Shown here: positions 22,601-33,029 of the stretch, piece after piece
How the letters are laid out: each line of letters opens with the position of its first letter
Numbering within the stretch: position 1 is the first letter of the stretch
The notes under the pieces: model-generated
The model's input: only the letters and a program-made list of their open reading frames with translations
The model's database searches: none
Told to the model about the DNA's origin: nothing
From: Macrostomum hystrix
Lineage: Eukaryota > Animalia > Platyhelminthes
Reading direction: 5' to 3'
Length of the DNA: 64,000 nucleotides
Assembly: GCA_950097015.1 (NCBI GenBank)
Contig: CATNEN010000038.1
Span: 2,790,001 to 2,854,000 of the forward strand
Program-made: the position numbers and the translations under genes

Positions 22601-25600
22601 CTGATTGGTCAGGTCGTTAGCTGATTGGTCAGGTCGTTAGCTAGTGGGTCAGATTGCTAGCTTGTGAAATTCAGATGTAATATGAGTGGGTATAAAGTAT
22701 TGTCCTTATTAGCTTAGGCAACAGCCAAAGGTTGTGCCGTACAATGTACTCGTACAACAGGCTGTGGAACAGGCTGTACATCTAGCATAACTGTGTTAGT
22801 CGTCTGTCTGTACGTCTTTTGGTTTTTGTCAGCGTTTTGGGTCCCTGTTTTAGGTCAGTTATTTTCTTAACAAGGGATGTTGGATATTTTCTAACCTAAC
22901 TAATATCCACCTTTCCTAACTCCCTTTCACTTATAAATGATTTTCTCACAACATATTTTCATCTAATTGTGTAGAATTTCACACTTGGCATTAATTCCTA
23001 ACAGGCTTCGTCCCATCGACTTAAAAAGGAAATTAGGTGGAGGAAATTGACAAATATAAGGAAATAGGAGTGATTAATCGCTGGCTGTAATATATCCATA
23101 ATAATAGCAACAAAAATCAATTAATTCTGATTTCAATTTCGTGACCTAGCTAGCTTTAAGAGATAAGAAATATACGGTTCTCACAGAGGACTGGGTGAGG
23201 ACTGGGACAATGCCCAACCGGAGGACTGGGGTAATGACCAACTGTAGGACTGGGGTAATGACCAACTGTAGGACTGGGGTAATGACCAACTGGAGGACTG
23301 GGGTAATGACTAACTGGAGGACTGGGATCATGAACAACTGGAGGACTGGGGTAATGACCAACTGTAGGACTGGGGTAATGACCAACTGGAGGACTGCGAT
23401 AATGACCAACTGTAGGACTGGGGTAATGACTAACTGGAGGACTGGGATCATGAACAACTGTAGGACTGGGGATAATGACCAACTGTAGGACTGGGGATAA
23501 TGACCAACTGTAGGACTGGGATCATGACCAACTGTAGGACTGGGATAATGACCAAATGTAGGACTGCGATAATGACCAACTGTAGGACTGGGGTAATGAC
23601 TAACTGGAGGACTGGGATCATGACCAACTGTAGGACTGGGATCATGACCAACTGTAGGACTGGGATAATGCCCAACTGCAGGACTGCGATAATGACCAAC
23701 TGTAGGACTGGGGTAATGACTAACTGGAGGACTGGGATCATGAACAAAATGTAGGACTGCGATAATGACCAACTGTAGGACTGGGGTAATGACTAACTGG
23801 AGGACTGGGATCATGACCAACTGGAGGACTGGGATCATGACCAACTGGAGGACTGGGATCATGATCAACTGGAGGACTTGGATCATGACCAACTGGAGGA
23901 CTGGGATCATGACCAACTGGAGGACTGGGATCATGATCAACTGGAGGACTGGGATCATGACCAACTGGACGACTGGGATCATGATCAACTGGAGGACTTA
24001 GATCATGACCAACTGGAGGACTGGGGTAATGACCAACTGGAGGACTTGGATCATGACCAACTGGAGGACTGGGATCATGACCAACTGGGGGACTGGGATC
24101 ATGACCAACTGGGGGACTGGGGTAATGACCAACTGGAGGACTGGGATCATGACCAACTGGGGGACTGGGATCATGACCAACTGGGGGACTGGGGTAATGA
24201 CCAACTGGAGGACTGGGATCATGACCAACTGGAGGACTGGGATCATGACCAACTGGGGGACAGTCTATTTAACAAGTGCAGGTATAAACAAAAGCTCATG
24301 CGACAATGCGGACAGCTCACAATGATGAGGGTGTTTGGCGACATTGTCTTGACGGCCACGGCAACTCCGGCGATGAGGCCGCCGCCGCCAACGGGCACAA
24401 CAATGGCGTCAACCGGCTTGCCGATCTGCTCCAGAATCTCCAGCCCTACGGTGCCCTGGCCAGCTAGGATCTGCGGGTGATCGTAGCTTCCCGGGGATGG
24501 GATAAATTGGGATTTATTAGAAATCAATCACCAATGACCAAGACATCGAGTAGATCCCTTGTACCAGAGCCAATTTTACTACTTTCTAAACAAAAATGAG
24601 GTTCTAGCCTAGTGGTTAGAGCGTCAGACTCATGACTTGAAGGTCGAGGGTTCGATTCTTGACTCCAAAGATTCTTGACTAGCTAGAAATATAATTCTAC
24701 ATTGCATCAGTTCACCCACCCAAATAGGTACCAATATTAGCTCCGGTAATTGAGGGTGCTGATACTGAGGGTGGTGTGGCGTCCGCCCTGTCCACGGACT
24801 GAACAACCGTACCCAGACTTTAGATGCGCCGCATTTTAAATCTCCATGGTCCCCAAAATCACAATGGTCCCGAAATCTCCACGATTTAAGAAACCTTGAT
24901 TGCTTAATTACAAAACATTAGACTACAAGGATTTGCTGCTCACCCGTTAACATACAGCAGGCCCTCGTTCTTCGCAATCTTCAGCGCCACATTCTTAGAC
25001 TCGCCAATGTGACTGCCCATGACAATGACTCTGGCGCCGCATTGTACACAGGCGTTTATCTTCATCAGGGGCGCGATAGTTGGCATGACAACCACGATGG
25101 GAATGCCAAGCTCCTGGCCGTGGTAGGCTAGGGCCAGGGCGTGGTTACCGGCCGATGCAGCCACCACGCCTCGTTGCTTCTGCTCCTGGGGGAGGTTGGT
25201 ATAGTTCGAAGTTCGAACGGAGGTCAGTTAGGTTCATTTGAAGGTCAATACAACGGATTTAAGGTTCGATATTAGCCTACCGATTCCCTACCACTCTACT
25301 ATCAGTAGGGTGAAAAGCGCATTTTAAAAGTATTTTTACTCACCTTGGACAGGCTCAGTAGGACGTAGCGAGCTCCGCGCTCCTTGAAACTGCCGGTGTA
25401 CTGCAGAAATTCCTTTTTGAAATACACCTCCATGTTGGTGATCTTTGACATGTGCGACTTCTGCAGACAAAAGTTCCCTCATATTACGTCAGTATATCAA
25501 AATTATTTACGAATAAAAAACTGTGGCGCTCACATCGCAGGGTGTGCGCACAATGCCGCTGCGAATTTTGAAAGCCGCCGCGCTGACATCCTGGAAGCGA

Positions 25601-25971
25601 ACAATCTGCGGCTTCTCCGGGTCGCAGTTAGGATCGTACAGATCCGGATCATCGTCGTTCGGCACTAAAAGATCGCTAACATTGAGTCCGCTCTTGCCAG
25701 CGCCTGCCTGAATGCTGATACTAGCTCGGCGGCTGCGCTCCGTACCGCCCGGACCGGCATCGGCCTCGCCGGCTACTCCGCTGGCACAGCCGCCGACACA
25801 TTCCTGACCCTCCGGGATGGAGATCAGAGGCTGCTGGAAGGTGGTGTACGATTGAATCTCGGAGCCTGGACCGGGAGTAACTGTGTAGTTCTCTAGAGCA
25901 GACGCGCTGAATAGCTGCGTATCTTCATCTATTTGCTGCTGCTGCTGCTGCTGCTGCTTTTCGCACTCCAT
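19685..25971 (-). CDS. PLP-dependent threonine/serine dehydratase with C-terminal ACT domain
   Basis: Exons 25971-25534, 25460-25344, 25185-24944, 24486-24321, 21898-21606, 20191-19961, 19781-19685 are in phase. Motifs TGSFKERG (PLP Lys), [33 protein letters not shown]-like DRPGGIA..HERAW. Confidence 0.93.
20301..21156. mobile_element. hAT-type foldback element / MITE (856 bp, ~390-bp inverted arms)
   Basis: caaggaccactgtagtataacagg..cctgttatactacagtggtccttg; arms nearly identical; 8-bp TSD tagctaac (20293-20300, 21157-21164). Confidence 0.9.
22056..22662. repeat. 20-bp minisatellite with 60-bp higher-order repeat
   Basis: (ctcatg/ctgatt/ccaatg)ggtcaggtcgttag cycle. Confidence 0.95.
23186..24262. 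repeat. 24-bp minisatellite
   Basis: gactgggatcatgaccaactggag units. Confidence 0.95.
24598..24745 (+). mobile_element. tRNA-derived SINE head
   Basis: A box tagcctagtgg, B box ggttcgattc, downstream cagttcaccca as in the 4255-4410 copy; stems do not pair as a tRNA. Confidence 0.6.
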
Positions 25972-26665
25972 TGTGTCAAACGCTGCGTAGCTATTGCAAT
26001 CGTTTATGGTATTTTTTTCTTGTCTTTTCAAGCGAGCGCGGTCTACTGGTCTAATAAAATAATGGGCTGCGGCGGGCCGATTCAACAGATGCAGTACACT
26101 GTAGCAAGAGTAGCACTATAAAAATACGGGTCCAGCGAGTTGTTTTGATCACATTTCAGGCGCACGAGGGATGCACTAAGGCCTCCCACCCAGCACTGTA
26201 CATTTCTGCCCAGCCTAAAAAACTGAAATTCTCTGTATGCCGGCCGCCACGGAATTGGGGTGGTGGGTGAGTGGGGTAGAGTGTGAAAACAAGTGTTTAA
26301 GTAGAGATGTGCATACCATTATAGCAGATGAGGTCAAATATGTACAATCAAACCCCATGGATTTTGAACGGAAAAGCGCCGCGAAAAGCACATAGCAGGA
26401 GGCGATGCGCATCAGCACTCTTAGATGACGAATCCTCAGCAGAATTGTCTGTTTTTATGCGTACACGCCAAGGTCAGTTGCGCTCATCACACTCTAGACT
26501 AGATAGTTAAGATAGTTAAGGGTGTTTTCAAACTAACTGGCCAAAAACTGCACTCAAGCCACACCCCCCAAGCGGGCAATTTTCAGTAGGGCACGCATAG
26601 TGTGATGCGAAATTCGGACTAGAATTCCAGTTTATTTATTGCATGCGCCTGTAGGGGGTGACAGC

Positions 26666-27179
26666 CAAAGACCACTAGGACGGAACACTACGTTTCTTGG
26701 AAAATTTATGGAAGGCTGATTGTCACGGAAAATGCACTAGCGAGATAGGAACTTTTCACTTTTTAAGGTACACCTTGAAATGCTTATAACTTTTTATTTG
26801 AAGCAGATCAAATGCCGTTATTTTAATATATCTTAAATAGCTTGCTGCTCCAACGAATTTTAGAAAGCTTCATTCACGAACAACTGATCTTCATATATTT
26901 ATGATGAAGCTCAATAGCAACCAATCAGACATAAAATTAGCCTATTAGACATAAAATCAAACTATTGATGTCAGCTTTAATCAACAACAACAAGTTTTGC
27001 TATAAATTTTAGAAGAACAGCAATTTATCTGCTTCCAATAAAAAGTTATCAACATAACATAAGTTTTAATGGGAAAAAAGTGAAAATTTCCTATCTCGCT
27101 AGTTTTCCGTCAAAATCTGCCTTTAATAAATTTTCCAAGAAACAAAAGTGTCCAGTCCTTCTTCTTCTAGTGGTCCTTG
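26666..27179. mobile_element. Older hAT-type MITE (514 bp)
   Basis: Termini caaagaccactag / ctagtggtccttg, degenerate inverted arms of >100 bp, TSD gtgacagc / gtcacagc. Confidence 0.8.
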
Positions 27180-27794
27180 GTCACAGCTCTCAAAATCGGC
27201 ACTAATCGTCAAATTAAGATTGTGTCGCCTGTGACGCCTCGCTGGAAATCCAGAAAAGCCTTGCTTTTATCTCTGAAAATAATCAATAAACAAAGAATGT
27301 AAATGAAGTTTGTCCAGACCCAGTCAAATATCTAATTGTGGTTGGCCTCTAAGTTGAAGTTTGCGCTAAAAACTCCATAAATTAGAGGTCAGATTAAACC
27401 TTAATAGTAGGCAGCTCACAGCTGGTATTAGAGTTCATGACCTGGTCCTGGTGTCACCTCGCTATTTAATTACGTATGCCCTGTTAATTTCGTCATTTAT
27501 TTAGCGTGAAATAACTAACGAGGCGAACAAGAAACGCTATCGATTACTCTCGAAATTACTACTTGCAAAATTGATTAATTTTATTAAGCTGACAGAAAAA
27601 TCTTCATGTTGTAAGCCTCAAATCAAGTCCAGAACGTAAGAGCTAACAAGGGGCAGAGCATCTGGAAAATTTGGTTCCTCATGACAAAAAATGTTATTAG
27701 TGCATCCTACAATACTTTTTTCTACCTGTCTTTTTATTCCATTTCGCAGTGAACTTGGGTTTGCAGTGTGTACGTCAAATCCATTTTCGAGAAG

Positions 27795-28215
27795 TACATC
27801 AAACCCGTCTTGAGGTGTACATCAAACGTCTTGAGGTGTAAATCAAATCCGTCTTGAGGTGTACATCAAACGTCTTGAGGTGTACATCAAACCAGTCTTG
27901 GAGGTGTACATCAAACCAGACTTGGAGGTGTACATCAAACCAGTCTTTGAGGTGTACATCAAACCCGTCTTGAGGTGTACATCAAACGTCTTGAGGTGTA
28001 CATCAAACGTCTTGAGGTGTACATCAAACCCGTCTTGGAGGTGTACATCAAACGTCTTGAGGTGTACATCAAACCCGTCTTGAGGTGTACATCAAACCCG
28101 TCTTGAGGTGTACATCAAACCAGTCTTTGAGGTGTACATCAAACCCGTCTTGAGGTGTACATCAAATCAGTCTTTGAGGGTGTACATTAAACTAGTGTTT
28201 GACATGTCTATCAAA
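27795..28215. repeat. 21-24-bp minisatellite
   Basis: gaggtgtacatcaaac(cc)gtctt units. Confidence 0.9.
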
Positions 28216-28447
28216 CCCATATTTTAGGCACTATCTATTTTTTGTGCTATGGTTTATCGAGCAATGCGAAATACGGGATTTATTTTTATCGCTAGAGTGA
28301 TTATAAACTTATAAATGATTTTTAATTTTACCGAAGTAAAGAGGTACACTAGTAAATAAAAGTACAACAAAAAAGTTTCAAAATTATTATTTTCTTGTCT
28401 CAAGCTTTTCAAAAGTCCAAAAATCATTGTAAAGTCCTCGGCTCATT

Positions 28448-31400
28448 CTAGTCGAGCTGCTCGACCGGTGGCTGGCGACAACCGCCGCGCAAGAACTCAG
28501 CTCCGATCAGTCCGTGAGCAGTGTTAAACAGATTGATTGGTGAGCTGCCATCGGTGATGAGGGTGGACTTCAGGCCAAGACTCCGCAGCATCTTCACCTG
28601 GAAATGCAGGCGCAGTGCTCATTAGATTCAGTTTTATATGATAAATGCCTACTTGCCTACTGACATAAGTAGCACAATAGGCAAGCATTGGTGAATTTTA
28701 TAGAGAATGGCCAACCTGCATCTCCGGCCCAGCGCTGGCGATAGCCCGGATCGTGTCAGCCCCGATGGCGTTCACGAAGCCTCCGAACTTATCCGTCTCG
28801 ATGTCTGCGAAGGCCTTCTGCTGGCCGATTTCCAGCGTGTCCTTCTCGCGCTGGTAGTACAGCTCGGCTTCTCTGGCCAGCGTCAATCGCTGCAACTCGG
28901 CCTTGGATGAGATGGCCAGGGCTTCGACTTGCAGCCTGGCCTGCTCGACGGCCGCCTGGCCCTCGATGCGGGCGGCTTCGGCGCGGGACTGAGCCTCCGC
29001 CTTGGCCTGGCCCGAGCTCTCCACGGCTGCCGAGTGCGCCTTGGGGTGACGCGGGTGGAGAGTTTGTGACCAGCCCACCTGTGTTTGTGACCAGCCCACC
29101 TGTGTTTGTGACCAGTCCACCTGTGTTTGTGACCAGCCCACCTGTGTTTGTGACCAGCCCACCTGTGTTTGTGACCAGCCCACCTGTGTTTGTGACCAGC
29201 CCACCTGTGTTTGTGACCAGCCCACCTGTGTTTGTGACCAGCCCACCTGTGTTTGTGACCAGCCCACCTGTGTTTGTGACCAGCCCACCTGTGTTTGTTT
29301 GTGACCAGCCCACCTGTGTTTGTGACCAGCCCACCTGTGTTTGTGACCAGCCCACCTGTGTTTGTGACCAGCCCACCTGTGTTTGTGACCAGCCCACCTG
29401 TGTTTGTTTGTGACCAGCCCACCTGTGTTTGTGACCATCTAATTTCGATGCTCCCACCTTCAGCTCCAGGAGCTCCCGCTTGGCCTTCTCAGCCTCGGCC
29501 TCGTCGAAGATTTTCTGCCGCTCGAGCTTGCCACGTGCCTCCTGCTCCAGGCGCTGCGCCTCCTGCCTGGCCATGGCCTCCTGCGAGTTGGTGGTGATCT
29601 CGATGGCCAGCTGGACCGACTTCTGCAGGGCGTCACGGGTGCGCTGCTCCACGGGCTCCACGTTCTGGATGTCCACCGAGGTGATGACCAGGTTGTTCTG
29701 CGGCATGCGGAACTGGTCGCGGACCTTGCCCTGGCGATGGGTCAATGGGTCGATGGGTCAGCAGGTTGATGAGTCAACAGGTCGATGGGTCAACGGGTCG
29801 ATGGGTCAGCAGGTCAATGGGTCAGCAGGTCGATGGGTCAACGGGTCGATAGGTCAGCAGGTCAATGGGTCAACGGGTCGATGGGTCAACGGGTCGATGG
29901 GTCAACGGGTCGATGGGTCAACGGGTCGATGGGTCAACGGGTCGATGGGTCAACGGGTCGATGGGTAAACGGGTCGATGGGTCAACGGGTCGATGGGTCA
30001 ACGGGTCGATGGGTCAACGGGTCGATGGGTCAACGGGTCGATGGGTCAAAAGGTCTATAGATCAGTCAGTGTGTCACTGGCACTGACACTGGCTGATGGG
30101 TCAGTGTGTCGATGCAATGAGTCATGTCTCATGAGGCAATCAGCAGCTGACAGGTACCGAACGAAGGTACCCACTCACCGCCTCATTGAAGCCAAACAGA
30201 GCTCCTCGGATGATCTTGGCCGAGTGGCGATGAAAATCGTCGAAGCCGACAGCGGCGACGGCGCCGCGCACCCGGCTGGCCACGGCTTTGCACATGTCGC
30301 CAACGAAGTCGGGCACGGAGAAGAGTTTCGCGGCCTCCTTGGGATCAGCGAGGCATTCGGAGGTGTCAAAGTGCCAGTTGTAGGACAGCTGGATCTGCAG
30401 CCTGGCGTGGTCGGACGTCTCCAAGGTGATGATGTCCGTGGAGAAGTCAGGGCCCAGTAGCAGGGTCAAAGATTTGATGGCGTTCGGCTTCTTGGGCTTG
30501 CCGCCGGACAGGGAGAGCTGGGTGAACTGCTCATCCGGGTTGAGCATGACCAGCTCGGGCCCGAAGAGAACGCGGGCCACCTTGGCTTTGTAGTCGTAGA
30601 TCTGCACAGCCGCATTGTGGGGCACGCGCAGGCTGACAGTTCTGGTGCGGTCGCGCGGCTTCGAATCCTTCTCGCTCTGCTGCGCCTTGCTCCGCTCGAA
30701 TCGGTCCGGCACCGGGTCCTTCTGGCTCACCAGCAGGGCTTCCACAGCCGGTGGCAGCTGCTTCTCCCACAGCTCCTCGTCGTGGCTGAGCATGTAGGTC
30801 TCGCCGGTGACACAACGGACCTGAGGGAGAGCAGGCAGTGGGTCAGTGTGTCAGCGAGTCAATGGGTCAGCGGGTCAATGGTTCAGCGAGTCGATGGGTC
30901 AGTGGATCAGCGGGTCAACGGGTGGCAGGTCGATGGGTCAGTGGGTCACCGGGTGTCACGCGGTCAACGGTCAATAATGCAGCGGGTTGATTGGATGGGT
31001 CACCTGTCCACTTTTGATGTCGCGGACGTAGATACCCTCGTTGACGTCCAGCGGAATGGCGGTCCGCTTGCACACGACCTCCACCTCCACCGGTGGCACA
31101 TACTCGGCCGGGCCGCGGATCATCCATCGGTCGCCGGGCTTCCGCACCTGGTCGGCCGACTCGGCGAACTCCTCCTGCGCGCGCAGGATCAGGCCCTCGT
31201 TCTCGCTCAGCACGTAGACGCTCATGATGCCGCTTTCTAGGCTCTCGCCTGGCAGCAGGAAAAACGAGCGCTCGCCTCGAACCAGCTTCTTGCGGCCCAG
31301 CTGCGGCTTGCCATCTGCGTCGCAGGGATCGCAGACGACGCAGTACTGACGGTTGCTCAGCGTTGTGATGCCGATGACGCCGATAACCTCCTCGTTGACG

Positions 31401-32969
31401 CCTGAATTAAGAGACACGGAGCAATGACCTTCCTGTCATTTGGGCCAATGACCTCCCTGTCATTAGGGCCAAAGACCTCCCTGTCATTTGGGCCAATGAC
31501 CTCCCTGTCATTAGGGCCAATGCCCAACCTGTTATAGCGGCCAATGTATAACATGTTATAAGGGCCAATTTCCTACCTGTTATAGCGGCCAATGTATAAC
31601 CTGTTATAAGGGCCAATGTCGTTCCTGTTATAGCGGCCAATGTATAACCTGTTATAAGGGCCAATGTCCTACCTGTTATAGCGGCCAATGTATAACCTGT
31701 TATAAGGGCCAATTTCCTACCTGTTATAGCGGCCAATGTATAACCTGTTATAAGGGCCAATGTCCTACCTGTTATAGCGGCCAATGTCCTACCCATTTCC
31801 ACTGTTCTCCGCAGTCACGGAATATGAGTCTCAAAGGCTGCTCACTTGGAATGTGTGACTCTGTGTCAGCCAGGGTAATAAGCCACTCCTCGCCAGATTT
31901 TCTTGTCCTTCCAAAGTCGTCACCAAAGGTGCGCAGTGAGCGCATGTGCAAAGCTTTCTTCTCCGTAAGGATCAGCTCCTCCACGGTGGCCACAACCTCT
32001 TCGTAGGCTCCGGGCATGTAGGCTCCGCGCAACTTCACGATCCACTCTTCACCGCACACCCTGGCGAGACGGAATGCGAATACCGTTAATGACAAGATTT
32101 GTTCATGAAGGGTCAGCGACCTCCACGATGGTTAAATTCGTGGAGGGGTCAATGCCCTCCTTGATTCGATGCTTCAGTTCGTAGTGGGGTCAATGCCCAC
32201 CCTATGCTTCAGTGTCTCACCTTGGCCTGCCATTGATGTCCTTGCACTCCTTCCTAGCTCTCAGCCGCAGCGCCTGATTCGGCCCGATGACGGTGGCGCG
32301 GACCACCTCCTCGACTGTGACCTCCTTGCGCGGAATGTAGCTCCCCGGGCCCTCGAACAGCCATTCGTCGCCGGCGATTCTCGCCACATTGTTCGCGTCG
32401 GTAAAATCCAGCTGGGCCTTCAGACGCAGCGCCGAGTTTGGCGGCACAATGCGCAAAGGCGAAACGCCGACTTTCAGGACCTCGCCCGGGTACAGTGGAA
32501 ACGGATCCTGGGCGAGGCGAATCTCCTGGTCCGCGTGGGCGAGCCTGGCCTGGCCGAAATTGTCGAAGGCAACCTGCAAATTAAAATAGGCGCGCTAGCC
32601 AATCAGAGCCGAGAACGTGGACGAGATTTCTCGGCTTGCAGTGATTGGTTCGTACTGCAGAAGAACCAATAATAATTCAGAAATGCTATTAAATAAAAGT
32701 TTGTGTCGCATTGGAACCGCAAATTCTTATCGTGAGCTTACCGCGCCATCGATGCCCTTCACCACCGGGTTCTCAACCAAGCAGTAGTGCCTCGGTGGCA
32801 CAATGACCATCTTCTCTGGTCCAAAAATGACTCGCTCATTGTCTTGCCTGACGAAGGTCCGCGGTCCGATCTCGATGCGGGTGACGTTGCTGTTCTGGTC
32901 GAGCACGTGCAGGTAGTAGAATGGAGGAATGCGGTACACACTGTCTTCGTCGGCGTGTCTTCTGCTCAT
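28448..32969 (-). CDS. MVP: Major vault protein (860 aa)
   Basis: Exons 32969-32742, 32573-32221, 32060-31846, 31401-31004, 30820-30179, 29730-29458, 29039-28716, 28597-28448 total 2583 nt in frame. [17 protein letters not shown], vault repeats, shoulder domain, [32 protein letters not shown]. Confidence 0.97.
29062..29437. repeat. 21-bp minisatellite (MVP intron)
   Basis: gtttgtgaccagcccacctgt units. Confidence 0.95.
29735..30050. repeat. 16-bp (8-bp subunit) minisatellite (MVP intron)
   Basis: atgggtcaacgggtcg units; degenerate relative at 30835-31000. Confidence 0.9.
31420..31795. repeat. 24-bp minisatellite (MVP intron)
   Basis: ggccaatgtataacctgttataag and variants. Confidence 0.9.
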
Positions 32970-33029
32970 GGCAAAGCTGTGGATTCTGGCCTACTGGCTG
33001 ATCTTTTGGGATAAAATGTGGAGGGGCGA

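Noticed and set aside
22056-24262. CRISPR-like arrays
   Set aside because: Head-to-tail units without unique spacers, no cas genes, eukaryotic intron context.
24598-24670. tRNA-Met(CAT) or vault RNA gene
   Set aside because: A and B boxes are present but the acceptor and T stems do not pair, and it shares downstream sequence with another SINE copy; nothing links it to vault RNA.
19685-25971. Bacterial contamination or recent horizontal transfer for dehydratase, USP and IF-2
   Set aside because: All have spliceosomal introns and host-like composition and sit among metazoan genes; the families are known in invertebrates.
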